Shown here: piece after piece, positions 47,413-57,408 of the stretch | How the letters are laid out: each line of letters begins with the position of its first letter | How positions within the stretch are numbered: position 1 is the first letter of the stretch | Sequence record: MW057919.1 | Strand: one strand, 5' to 3' | DNA: 64,000 bases | Notes under the pieces: generated by a model | Seen by the model: only the letters and a program-made list of their open reading frames with translations | What the model was told of the DNA's origin: nothing | Databases searched by the model: none | Translations under genes and position numbers: made by a program

Positions 47413-49293
47413 ATGGCTGTTAACGAAAACGAAATCGGCACCGTTCAAACTCAAGCTACCGCTCCGGCTCCGCAACCCACTACACAGCGTCAAGCTCAAC
47501 GTCCTACTGGCGCGCCTGGGTCTACTACTGGCATTAACCATCTAATGCGTCGCTCTGGTCGGCTAGATGGCTCTGATGCTCGTTCAGCAGATGCCCTACA
47601 AGTATTCACTAAAGTAAAAGAAGAAGCAATCCGCCATCAGGACCTACCTGATGACTTCGATATCCATCGTTTCGATCGCGATGCACAACAAGTGGGTATG
47701 GCTGGTCTACTCATTGTTAAACTAGCTAAAGATATCAATGGTTCCATGAAGGCATTCGTTCGTACTCTAGTACTCGATAACCTACCTGGTACTCGCATCC
47801 GTCCCCGTACCCACAAAATCAACAATGGTCTAACTGATGACATCATTGAAGAGAAGGTACTACCGCGTGATGTATTCACTGCTCAATACTGGAGCAAGAT
47901 CGGCGAGTTCCTACGGAACCGTTACAACATCCCTGGTCTAGAAGTACTATCTGCCGGTCCACGTGCAGTGTATGCTGACTTCGACTTCAAAGATGAACTA
48001 GCTGTTAAGAACCTACTAGTTGAATCCGTTAATATCTGTGAAGATGCTATTGCGCGTCGTAACAATGAGACTCCGTTCTCTATTGCGACCCACATCAAAG
48101 CAGAAAACGAACAGCTTACCTGCAATCTAGACTACAATGGTATTCCGGTTAAAGATAGCTGTGGTAATCCGATCCGTTCTGACCTGGTCATCTCCACTAG
48201 CCGTGGTAAGAAAACCAACGTACCTGAGAACGAGTTCTATGATACCGATAGCCAGCTAAACCAAGTTAGTCTATTCGTAGATCTACATTGGACTCCGACC
48301 ACTGGCCAGCAACAAGGCATGTTTGGCGTAACTCTACCTGGTGCAGTTCTACCTCCGCAGTTCACTCCTTACATCGTTATTACTGACGTTCGTAAGGCGT
48401 CCTGGATCCAAGCATGGACTCTAGAAATGTGGCTGTTCGCGCTTGGTAACGCGTATCGTGCAACTGCATCTCAGGCATGGGCTCGTACTCTAATGCCGAA
48501 GATCGCTACTAGTAAGATGCGTGATATTGGTGCACTTGGTTATTACTCAGAGCTAGGTAAAGCGATTGAAACTCGCACCGAAGCATTCATGGCAGACGAC
48601 AGCAACTTCGTAATGCTAATGAACAAGATGGTTAACCAGAACCCTGCATTCCAGATCGATATCGATCCAATGGGCGACAACTCAGCTATTGAGCAAGTCA
48701 TCCTAGATGCAGCTGGTGGCGTAAACCAAGCTCGTGCAGTTAGCCTGATCTTCCAAGCTCTAACTAACCTATATGGCACTGATTTCCGTCAGTTCTATAA
48801 CCTAGCTGAAGCTGGTCCGATTATCTTTGACAACCATCATGAAGTAGACCTCGGTCACTACACTGATGAGCATGGTGAACTAAGCGACCGTCGTGATCTT
48901 GACGTTCTAGGCGCCATGAACATGTCTGAAGGTAATGATCAAGAGTGGAAGACCTGGTATGCTACTCAAGTAGGTAATGACCACATTGTGCGTCGTATGA
49001 ATAACAGTAAAGGCTTCGACAAGATGTACCTAGGTAACGTTACCTATACTGGTCGTGCTCGTCGTCTAACCTTTAACCCGAAATTCATCACCGCAATGGA
49101 TGCCGCAGCAGCAGCAGCTGGTGTAACTGTAACTATGGAAAACCTAATTACCAACTTCGGTCAACAGCGCTTCGCTGGTTACACCGGTATGGGTAACATG
49201 GCTGTTTCTGGTAGTGCACAAGTTGGTATGGCTGGCAGCATGGGTCAAACTTACGGCGCTCCTTCCTATAATGCACCGGGTACCTGGTACTAA
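47413..49293 (+). CDS. chmA: Chimallin, phage nuclear shell protein (gp54)
   Basis: 626 aa; disordered Q/T/P-rich N-terminus and G/M-rich C-terminal tail ending PGTWY; position immediately before the nvRNAP subunit; strongly biased codons. Confidence 0.93.
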   Translation: MAVNENEIGTVQTQATAPAPQPTTQRQAQRPTGAPGSTTGINHLMRRSGRLDGSDARSADALQVFTKVKEEAIRHQDLPDDFDIHRFDRDAQQVGMAGLLIVKLAKDINGSMKAFVRTLVLDNLPGTRIRPRTHKINNGLTDDIIEEKVLPRDVFTAQYWSKIGEFLRNRYNIPGLEVLSAGPRAVYADFDFKDELAVKNLLVESVNICEDAIARRNNETPFSIATHIKAENEQLTCNLDYNGIPVKDSCGNPIRSDLVISTSRGKKTNVPENEFYDTDSQLNQVSLFVDLHWTPTTGQQQGMFGVTLPGAVLPPQFTPYIVITDVRKASWIQAWTLEMWLFALGNAYRATASQAWARTLMPKIATSKMRDIGALGYYSELGKAIETRTEAFMADDSNFVMLMNKMVNQNPAFQIDIDPMGDNSAIEQVILDAAGGVNQARAVSLIFQALTNLYGTDFRQFYNLAEAGPIIFDNHHEVDLGHYTDEHGELSDRRDLDVLGAMNMSEGNDQEWKTWYATQVGNDHIVRRMNNSKGFDKMYLGNVTYTGRARRLTFNPKFITAMDAAAAAAGVTVTMENLITNFGQQRFAGYTGMGNMAVSGSAQVGMAGSMGQTYGAPSYNAPGTWY

Positions 49294-49618
49294 TAGGAAA
49301 TACCTCGGTAGATAGGGATGTTAAATAAGTAACATCCCGATTCTAATACTGCGACCCTGTTTCACTTCGGTGATAACGGTTAGGAGTAGGTTCCGTGAAG
49401 TAATCGACTAGTGGACTTAGTCTAGGTCGACCTATCACTACACGAGGATGATAGATCACTTAACCGAAAGGAGTTACTCAAAAGGTGACGTGTGATCAAA
49501 ACTACAATGGATGGTAAAAGGTCCTAGTGCCAGAGCGCTACAGAGAAGAGCGGAGGTTAAGCTTTGTAGACGACGCTAGGATCGGGCCAGGCTCCGTTGG
49601 TGGTCCATTGTAAAAACT
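49294..49618 (+). ncRNA. Candidate large structured non-coding RNA or structured chmA 3'UTR
   Basis: No ORF; at least 8 helices, including perfect 8-9 bp stems, UUCG and GAAA tetraloops and long-range TACAATGGA/TCCATTGTA; closed by a terminator. Confidence 0.7.
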
Positions 49619-49661
49619 GATATAGCGGCTCCTTCGGGGGCCGCTTATATCTCCTTTTTTT
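49619..49661 (+). terminator. Rho-independent terminator
   Basis: GATATA-GCGGCTCC-TTCG-GGGGCCGC-T-TATATC then CTCC and T7. Confidence 0.85.
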
Positions 49662-49686
49662 GTTAATCGATAAATAGGAGTTTGGT

Positions 49687-50823
49687 ATGGGTCTTTATGC
49701 CAAAGTTGTTGATCATGATGAAGTACATGATCAATTTACGGGTAAACGTATTTATGCCAATGATTACAATACGAGTAACTCAGATGAGAAAGAAGAATTT
49801 GATAGGCATTTCTATTCTCATTTCCAAGATTCAGAAGCAATTGAAAGTAGCGTAAGTTGTGATTGTCGAGCAATCGAAGACGCACATAAACTCGGAGTAA
49901 TCTGTGATATTTGTAATACTCCAGTTGTCAATACTTCTAGCCGCCCTATCGAACCATCAATGTGGGTTCGTACACCAAAACATGTACGTAGTCTAATTAA
50001 CCCACGTTTAATCATTATGCTAACTGGATATCTAGTAACTAAAGAATTCGATTTCTTAGCATATCTAACCGATACTTCTTATCGATACGACGTAGAATCC
50101 ATTGCCTCTAAAGAAACACGCAGGAAAGTAGATAGGCTACTGCATCGAGGATTTGAAAGAGGATTAAATCACTTCATTGATAACTTCAATGAGATCTTCC
50201 AATTCCTACTAGATGCAAATATTATCTCTAATAATAAATCCGAATTCGCTCAATTCATTGCTCAGAATAAAGATAAGCTATTCCCTAAATATTTACCAGT
50301 TCCTTCTAAACTCTGTTTCGTAGCAGAATCAACTACATCTGGTACTTACTTAGATAAACCAATTGAAGCAGCAATTGACGCTACCTTAACCTTCGCTAGT
50401 ATTGATGCATCGTCTGTACCACTTAGCCCTATTAAAGCTCAGAATAGGACTATGCGAGGACTAAGACTATATGGCCAGTTCTACGAGATCTACGCAAAAT
50501 CACGAATTGCTCAAAAGCCTGGTCTTGCTCGGCGTCACATGTTTGGTGCTCGTCTCAACGCTACGGCACGTGCAGTAATCACTTCTATTAGTGACCCGCA
50601 TGATTATGATGAATTACATATCCCTTGGGGAGTAGGTTGTCAATTATTAAAGTATCATCTAACTAACAAGTTAAAAGCTAAGTTTAACATGACAACTCGT
50701 GAAGCATTCTCATTTGTATATGAGAATGTACTTCAATATAACCAAATCATCGCTGATCTATTTAAAGAGTTAATTGCAGAGGCCGCACCATATAAAGGAA
50801 TGGGTTGCACTTTTCACCGAAAT
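49687..50823 (+). CDS. nvRNAP beta-prime-type subunit (gp55-like), exon 1 (379 aa)
   Basis: Zn ribbon CDC...CDIC, RHMFGARL..TARAVI, ends ...FHRN at the splice site. Confidence 0.9.
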
Positions 50824-51128
50824 TAATTTGTATATTAATACTAAATGGTTTCCTTGTAATAGAAATATTACTCGACAAAACTCCTTTAATTGCTGGGACA
50901 TCTCAATGAGACAATCAGCAGCGAAGCTTTCCAGAAATGGATTGAACGTTCAACGACTATCGAAAGGCACGAAAGTGAACCGAGTAGAGTAGAGTCAAGT
51001 GACTCGAAATGGGGAGCACCTTACTGGGTAATGCCAAAGGTGAAGATATAGTCTGGTCTGCATGGTGACATGCAGCTGTCTATTATTAATAGACGGGATA
51101 AGCTTAACGAACTTATCTGAACACAACG
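50824..51128 (+). mobile_element. Group I intron 1 (305 nt, no ORF)
   Basis: Exon ends in U and intron ends in G. P AATTGCTGGGA 50888, Q AATCAGCAGC 50913, R GTTCAACGACTA 50948, S GAAGATATAGTC 51042; P1 with U-G wobble (IGS GGTTTC). Removal restores RN|PTLQRG in frame. Confidence 0.92.
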
Positions 51129-51236
51129 CCGACCCTTCAACGTGGATCTACTCAACAATTCTTTATTACTAAAGTAAAAGATGACATTAATGATAATTCA
51201 ATCAGCATGTCAGTATTATGCCTTAAAGCGCCTAAT
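51129..51236 (+). CDS. nvRNAP subunit exon 2 (108 nt, 36 aa); not in ORF track
   Basis: PTLQRGSTQQFFITKVKDDINDNSISMSVLCLKAPN, the conserved segment between the NRxPTL-like motif and NADFDGD. Confidence 0.92.
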
Positions 51237-51733
51237 GGACAACTAACTAACTAAATAAGGTAAAAACAATGGAACAAAACGGAGTAGTGTCCGTCTTTGA
51301 TCCGGCTTCATTTAAAATTGAATATGAAGTGCTTGATAAATACCTTATTAAGTTAATCAAGTCTAGTTCCCCCAGTGAGTAATCATTGGGGTGAGTTCTC
51401 TCTAATTGCTGGGATATCCTGTTAAACTAATCTACCACTGCGAGTCGAAAGACAAAGCCAAGGTTTGAAAAAGATTAGGTAGGGCCAATCAGCAGCCAAG
51501 CTCCGTAACATTCCATTTAGGAATAGGAGAAGGTTCAACGACTATTACGGTATCAGGTGCACCGGTCCTAGAAATAGGATGTAGGGTCAAGTGGCTCGAA
51601 ATGGGAGACACCCCACTCCGAAAGGAAGGGTGAAGATATAGTCTGGTCTGCATGGTGACATGCAGCAGGTGGTAATTATCATGTGGTAATTATACTACCG
51701 GGTATGGATTAACGACCCATACTGAACATAACG
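51237..51733 (+). mobile_element. Group I intron 2 (497 nt) inside the catalytic NADFDGD motif
   Basis: P 51404, Q 51487, R 51533, S 51632 elements; ends GAACATAACG. Removal gives N|ADFDGDQLN in frame. Confidence 0.92.
51269..51382 (+). pseudogene. 37-aa mini-ORF in intron 2, possible homing endonuclease remnant
   Basis: SD AAGGT + ATG; MEQNGVVSVFDPASFKIEYEVLDKYLIKLIKSSSPSE*; lies 5' of the catalytic core. Confidence 0.45.
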
Positions 51734-51952
51734 GCGGATTTTGACGGCGATCAATTGAATTTAACGTTAATGCCTGATGTGTATTTAACTAAAGCAACTG
51801 AACGCATTGCTCCACATACATGGGTTCTATCTATTGATGAACCACATGAAATCTCAGGTAACCTTGAATTACAGGGTCCTGTTGTAGAAACGATTATTAA
51901 TTGGGCGCATGAGAAGTATTTACCACCATTAGAAGAGTGGTTGAAGTCGTAA
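51734..51952 (+). CDS. nvRNAP subunit exon 3 (72 aa; gp56.1-like)
   Basis: GCG GAT TTT GAC GGC GAT = ADFDGD, in frame with track ORF 51755-51952; spliced product 487 aa. Confidence 0.92.
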   Translation, partial: ADFDGDQLNLTLMPDVYLTKATERIAPHTWVLSIDEPHEISGNLELQGPVVETIINWAHEKYLPPLEEWLKS

Positions 51953-51960
51953 TAATAAAC

Positions 51961-51994
51961 TTGCCCCTACCACTTATGTAGTAGGGGCTTTATT
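51961..51994 (+). terminator. Rho-independent terminator
   Basis: GCCCCTAC/GTAGGGGC stem followed by TTTATTT. Confidence 0.8.
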
Positions 51995-52092
51995 TCCTGT
52001 TATGGCAGCGCCTAACTATGGATGTAAAGTTCCACTGGATTTAATTTCAGATTTATATCACTAAGATGCAATAGTGATAAGGGGAATACCCA

Positions 52093-52281
52093 ATGTCTAA
52101 TATTCGTGAAATTATTCGACGTAACCCGGAATGTTTATCACAAGTCGAACGAGATGAACGTGAAGCCAGATCGGTAGCCGTATTCACTAAGAGATATATT
52201 ACTCGCGGGAATGGTGATGTAGTGGTAAACAGAAGGTTTGTCGATGCATATGTCGAAATGATATCTAAGCTTAATGATTAA
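52093..52281 (+). CDS. Small hypothetical protein
   Basis: 62-aa ORF, SD AAGGGGA, upstream TATATCAC promoter variant. Confidence 0.7.
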   Translation: MSNIREIIRRNPECLSQVERDEREARSVAVFTKRYITRGNGDVVVNRRFVDAYVEMISKLND

Positions 52282-52341
52282 AAGCAAAATAAATTAATAG
52301 GGGAGTTTGAATCCACCTATTAATTCTTTGAGGCTGGTAGT

Positions 52342-52725
52342 ATGCATGATTTAGTTATCTATTGGAAAGCCCATGATGGTTACTACATACAAGATGAATA
52401 TGGCGAACATCCTGTAACTTTCCAATTCGCAGAAATTAATTGGAATTTCACTGGAGCGTATGTATACGGTGGTTCTGAATTAATTGATGATCACTTAAAA
52501 TTTGGTATAGATTTCAAAGTACGTGATATTGAATGGCAAATTAGGTTTGATTTAGACGGTAAATTTACTCTGTACAATATGTCAAATAATGATCGGGATG
52601 ATACCTTTGTAATTCCAGCTACTTCAAAATTTGCCCAATTCTTTAAAAAGACAGGCAAACATGTAGTTACTAATGAAGTTATCACTATCCCAGTTAATTG
52701 CTCTTTTGATAAGCAAATTTATTAA
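52342..52725 (+). CDS. Hypothetical protein
   Basis: 127-aa ORF, SD GAGG. Confidence 0.8.
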   Translation: MHDLVIYWKAHDGYYIQDEYGEHPVTFQFAEINWNFTGAYVYGGSELIDDHLKFGIDFKVRDIEWQIRFDLDGKFTLYNMSNNDRDDTFVIPATSKFAQFFKKTGKHVVTNEVITIPVNCSFDKQIY

Positions 52726-52737
52726 AGGTAAATAAGG

Positions 52738-53163
52738 ATGAATAGTAAATGTAATGAATGTACTAAGCAAATTGATAATTCCCACGATATGCCAAAAACA
52801 CTTGGCATCTGCCATAAGCATTATCGGTTCAATGTATTTGGGGATAATGATTTACTTAAAGATTCTGATAAACTGGTTACATTTGAACTTAATAAAGAAA
52901 CTAATCTATTTGAATGTATTCTAGAAAATACTAAAGGTGAATATACTGGATTTCATCATCCTAAGTTTGGATTCCGTATTAAACATGATGATCCAATCAC
53001 TATTGTGGTGACTGCACCTGAACATGATATCTATGTTGAATTAACTGTAACTGTTGAAGGTGTTACAAAAGCTGTCAATTGGTGTGGTCAGGAACTAGAC
53101 ACATTTAATTTACCTATGCAACATCCGTTTAATCTATGCTGGTCATATACGGCCAATAACTGA
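52738..53163 (+). CDS. Hypothetical protein with N-terminal CxxC...CxxH
   Basis: 141 aa; CNEC and CHKH potential Zn ligands. Confidence 0.8.
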   Translation: MNSKCNECTKQIDNSHDMPKTLGICHKHYRFNVFGDNDLLKDSDKLVTFELNKETNLFECILENTKGEYTGFHHPKFGFRIKHDDPITIVVTAPEHDIYVELTVTVEGVTKAVNWCGQELDTFNLPMQHPFNLCWSYTANN

Positions 53164-53171
53164 GGTGTATA

Positions 53172-53783
53172 ATGATTGTAGATGCACATGGTGTGGACCT
53201 CTTGGACATCTGTGCAGGTGGCCATCTTACACAGCAAACAACTCAATGGTTGGGTGAGCGTAGTCAGGCACTTCGTTCAACTATGTCAACTGCCGCTGCT
53301 AGCTTTTTCAATACTGCACAAAATATGTACAGTATGATTAGTGAATCAGCTGCTGTTCAAGCACTGCGGAATCTTACCACAAAGAAAGATAACTTATGGC
53401 AGTCGAACAACATTGTGTATCTTGAGACATTAGCTGAACTACAAACAGCTGGTCCGATTATGCAACGTTGGGTTATGGCACATGAGCGTCTAAGAACCAT
53501 GTATCTTAATAATGAAGTTGATGGATATGGTAGTTCTTATAATAACATCCAAGGTGATGCGGTAGGTGAACGACAGTTTGATTATCGTCGCGTGATGGAT
53601 GGAGTTATGTATACCGATAAGAAAGAATTCGGTTATAAAAACTATCACGAAGATATCAAGAGTGATCGTAAACTTAGCCTGCATGAAAAAGTTGACATCC
53701 TCCGTATGTGGAATGCTATTGATGGGCATCTAGACGCAGGCGAGGAAGATCCAACTTCAGTCGTAGGTAATCTTCTAGGTTAA
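53172..53783 (+). CDS. Conserved nucleus-forming-phage core protein (gp59/Imp3-like by synteny)
   Basis: 203 aa, SD GAGGT; position and size match phiKZ gp59 as recalled. Confidence 0.6.
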   Translation: MIVDAHGVDLLDICAGGHLTQQTTQWLGERSQALRSTMSTAAASFFNTAQNMYSMISESAAVQALRNLTTKKDNLWQSNNIVYLETLAELQTAGPIMQRWVMAHERLRTMYLNNEVDGYGSSYNNIQGDAVGERQFDYRRVMDGVMYTDKKEFGYKNYHEDIKSDRKLSLHEKVDILRMWNAIDGHLDAGEEDPTSVVGNLLG

Positions 53784-53834
53784 ATAAATGAGAGTCCCAT
53801 ATAGGGACTCTCTTCTATCATTTAGGAGGGATCT

Positions 53835-54170
53835 ATGTCAATTGATCTACTCGTACCAAATAAACTAAAGATGTTTCAAAAAAGTCCAGATGGTACGGGA
53901 TATATGTACTTTAATAGTACAGATGGAATAGAACTTAAACACGACAATCAAACACGACTATTGTATCTTCCTGATAATGACTATGTAACTGGTGATTATG
54001 TTTCACCTGATGCTAAATTTATTTTCACAGTTATTGAAGGTGAAGTGGTCTCTATTAAATTAGATACTGGCGAGGAAATACATAGTTATAGTTTTTGTGA
54101 TGAGAGTCCATTGTGGAACCATCCGCATATTGCTTTTTACGTTAAGGAAAATACTGATGCTATTAATTAA
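53835..54170 (+). CDS. Hypothetical protein
   Basis: 111-aa ORF, SD AGGAGG. Confidence 0.85.
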   Translation: MSIDLLVPNKLKMFQKSPDGTGYMYFNSTDGIELKHDNQTRLLYLPDNDYVTGDYVSPDAKFIFTVIEGEVVSIKLDTGEEIHSYSFCDESPLWNHPHIAFYVKENTDAIN

Positions 54171-54609
54171 GAATAATAACTCATCAAAGCCACTACACCC
54201 TATCCTTAAATTAACTACTGCTGTGGTTGATTCAACTCGTTTTAATCTTGAAGAATATTCTTATCTTAAAGAAGCATTTAAGAATGGTACTCTACGTATC
54301 TATGTGACTGGATATGACTACGCTTACCCATCTGAAGATGGTCATCTTGTTATTAAAAACGACTATCCTAATGTGTCTAGCAGGCCACCATTTGTACATG
54401 TTGGTAGGGATCCAAATGGGTTAACTGATGATACCCAGTTATATGTAGCCACAACTCATTTTTCAGGGACAAGTAGTGAAATTACTACCAGACCCACTAG
54501 TGTACATGCATGTGTTACTGAACACGATATCGTTTTAACAAGTACACTCAAGAAAAAAGAAGGTGCTGTTATCGTGTATCACATTGAATTAATTGCATGT
54601 AAATATTAG
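54157..54609 (+). CDS. Hypothetical protein
   Basis: ATG 54157 with SD AAGGA within the track ORF. Confidence 0.8.
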   Translation: MLLIKNNNSSKPLHPILKLTTAVVDSTRFNLEEYSYLKEAFKNGTLRIYVTGYDYAYPSEDGHLVIKNDYPNVSSRPPFVHVGRDPNGLTDDTQLYVATTHFSGTSSEITTRPTSVHACVTEHDIVLTSTLKKKEGAVIVYHIELIACKY

Positions 54610-54682
54610 TATACTAGTTAATGTAAGTATTTAACTGTATGTATCAAGTAATATAAAGGGAGCCATTTGGCTCCCATCTTAA

Positions 54683-55126
<444 letters not shown>

Positions 55127-55684
55127 ATGACTAGTGAAGTTGAGAAAAATGAAAGCGAAGCTATGAACTCCATGCTATTAAAACGAATTCATATGCTAGA
55201 AGTAACAGTTAGGAATCTAACAAAACATGCTAAAGTTGTAGATGAGGCTTTCCAACAATTAGTAAAAGCTAAAGCTGAAGAAACTGCAACATTTAATATT
55301 CGCGTTAGTCGAGTTCTTGCAGATATTCTTTGCAATATGGGTGAAAGTATTCGACATGAAGTTGATGACGCAATGCGAGCTATCAGTGGTGATACTGAAC
55401 CAGTATTCTCACTAGTTGAAGTAGATGGGGTTAATCAGAAAGAACATATGGAATCAGTCATTGTTCGTAAAGGCGGTGATAAAGGTTATATGTTTGCTAC
55501 TGTTGGAACACCTAATAAGTTCACTACTGAAAACTGCGATGCGTTGATTGATTACCTAAATAGTAATCCTCAACTAATGGAAAACAAAGAAGAAGCTCGT
55601 TTTAATATCATCACTACTCTGACTAAACAACAGATTGAACAAGTTATGGGTAAAGAAGATGGCAACTCCGGAACCGAACACTAG
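55127..55684 (+). CDS. Hypothetical protein with N-terminal coiled coil
   Basis: 185-aa ORF abutting the previous stop. Confidence 0.8.
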   Translation: MTSEVEKNESEAMNSMLLKRIHMLEVTVRNLTKHAKVVDEAFQQLVKAKAEETATFNIRVSRVLADILCNMGESIRHEVDDAMRAISGDTEPVFSLVEVDGVNQKEHMESVIVRKGGDKGYMFATVGTPNKFTTENCDALIDYLNSNPQLMENKEEARFNIITTLTKQQIEQVMGKEDGNSGTEH

Positions 55685-56267
55685 AGTTACAGATAGCGAT
55701 AACATGATCATGGATGCAATGCAAGCCATGGTTAGCATTCATCAAAAAGAGATACCTATTGTCTATGAGGACGTTTTTGTAAAGAATATATTACCGTTAC
55801 TTGAATGTCCGTGGGCACCTGGTGCATTAGATGAATATCGTAAATATGTTCATGAGCTATCAAATCCATTGCGTGTAGCAAGTGTTAATACCAAAGAAGC
55901 AGTTGTACTTTTTACAGTTCCAGCACTTTATCCTCGACCAAGTGTTGCAATCTCATCTGGTGAGAATGTTGCTAGTATTTCTAATGTAATGGATTATTAT
56001 AATAAAGAACATAATCGCAATCCACGTGGTGGGTTTGCTAAAGAAGCAGCTCAATTCTTAGAGCGGTGCATTTATAATGAACCATTGGAAAAACAACTTC
56101 TACAAGTGTTAATCCAAATCTTAGCAGCATATGGTCGGGTATTAAAAAATACTGATGGTACTCCGTTATATGAGTTACCGAATGCATCTTCATCTAAATC
56201 TGGAGGTGTGCAAGTAGATACACCTGAGAATGATGAATGTGTTTACGGTGACGAATATGAAGACTGA
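55659..56267 (+). CDS. Conserved hypothetical protein
   Basis: ATG 55659 in track ORF 55635-56267. Confidence 0.8.
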   Translation: MATPEPNTRVTDSDNMIMDAMQAMVSIHQKEIPIVYEDVFVKNILPLLECPWAPGALDEYRKYVHELSNPLRVASVNTKEAVVLFTVPALYPRPSVAISSGENVASISNVMDYYNKEHNRNPRGGFAKEAAQFLERCIYNEPLEKQLLQVLIQILAAYGRVLKNTDGTPLYELPNASSSKSGGVQVDTPENDECVYGDEYED

Positions 56268-57396
56268 TAAAACAAAGAAACCTGGCATATTTCGATATTT
56301 AACAGTAGGCGATGTCCATATGGGGCATCGCCAAACCCCTACTGAATTAATCATCAATAACTTTTGGAAAACTGTCCCTGATACAATTTTAAAAGATATT
56401 GATATGTTGATTATTACAGGGGATTTATTTGATCGTCAATTAAATAATGGCGATCCAGCTGCATACGCAATTGATAGATTTATTACAATACTTCTCTATA
56501 AATGTGAAATGTATAATGTAATGATCCGTATTGTTGAAGGGACCCCATCACATGATCGTGGGCAAATGCAGTTTTTCGTAGAACAAAAGAATAATGCTAA
56601 TATTAAAGTTGATTTGCATTATTCAAAGATTCTCGATATCGAGTATATTGAGAAACTAGATGCATATTTCCTTTATGTCCCTGATAAATGGAATCCATCC
56701 ACATCAGAGACTTTAAATCAAGTAAAAGATTTAATGCATAAGAAAGGTATATCTCAAGTTGACTTCACTATTTTACATGGTGCATTTAAACACCAGCTAC
56801 CAAGTATTGTTGAAGAGCCAACACATGATCCAGATGAATATTTAGCATTAACTAAATATATGATCAATGGTGGACATGTTCATGAGATGTCTATCTATGA
56901 ACGCATTTTAGCTGCCGGTGGATTTGACCGATTAAGTCACAACGACGAAATTCCAAAAGGATTATTTGATGTTGTGGTAAAAGAAAATGGCGAATGGACC
57001 GCTACATTTCTTGAGAATAAGGGTGCGCGTAGATACGATACTTTGAATGTCCATGGAATGGATACTAAGCAACTTAATTACACTGTTAAAGAACACATCA
57101 AGACATTACCAGCTAACTCTGCAATTAGGTTAAGATGTAATCCAGGTGATGTAGCTACTGGTGATCTCGATACATTTCAAAATGAATATCCTAATTTTTC
57201 ATGGAGTATCTTAATTGAAAAAGTTACTACAAAGAAAAATACTGTGTCAGATAGCCTAAAGAATTTTGATTTATCAGAATTTTTGGATATAACTCCAGAA
57301 AGTATTTCTGATTTAATTATTCCAGATATTGAAAAATTTACAGCGGACGCTGCTCAGATCCAACGGGTATTGGGATTATTGACAGAGTTCAAATAA
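56260..57396 (+). CDS. sbcD: SbcD/Mre11-like metallophosphoesterase nuclease
   Basis: Motifs GDVHMGH, ITGDLFD, EGTPSHD, ILHGAF, GGHVH. Confidence 0.88.
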   Translation, partial: KTDKTKKPGIFRYLTVGDVHMGHRQTPTELIINNFWKTVPDTILKDIDMLIITGDLFDRQLNNGDPAAYAIDRFITILLYKCEMYNVMIRIVEGTPSHDRGQMQFFVEQKNNANIKVDLHYSKILDIEYIEKLDAYFLYVPDKWNPSTSETLNQVKDLMHKKGISQVDFTILHGAFKHQLPSIVEEPTHDPDEYLALTKYMINGGHVHEMSIYERILAAGGFDRLSHNDEIPKGLFDVVVKENGEWTATFLENKGARRYDTLNVHGMDTKQLNYTVKEHIKTLPANSAIRLRCNPGDVATGDLDTFQNEYPNFSWSILIEKVTTKKNTVSDSLKNFDLSEFLDITPESISDLIIPDIEKFTADAAQIQRVLGLLTEFK

Positions 57397-57408
57397 AAGG
57401 CAATAATA

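Noticed and set aside
49294-49618. tRNA, tmRNA, RNase P, SRP, hammerhead or a third group I intron as identity of the structured region
   Set aside because: No cloverleaf/TΨC-CCA, no GAGGAAAGUCC, no SRP GGAA/AGCAG loop, no CUGAUGA...GAAA core, and no P/Q/R/S elements were found.
50774-50992. 72-aa track ORF as an intron-encoded endonuclease
   Set aside because: It spans the exon-intron boundary and the catalytic core elements; no HNH, GIY-YIG or LAGLIDADG motif.
51755-51952. Independent 65-aa gene
   Set aside because: TTG start with no RBS; it is the continuation of ADFDGDQ, that is exon 3 of the RNAP subunit.
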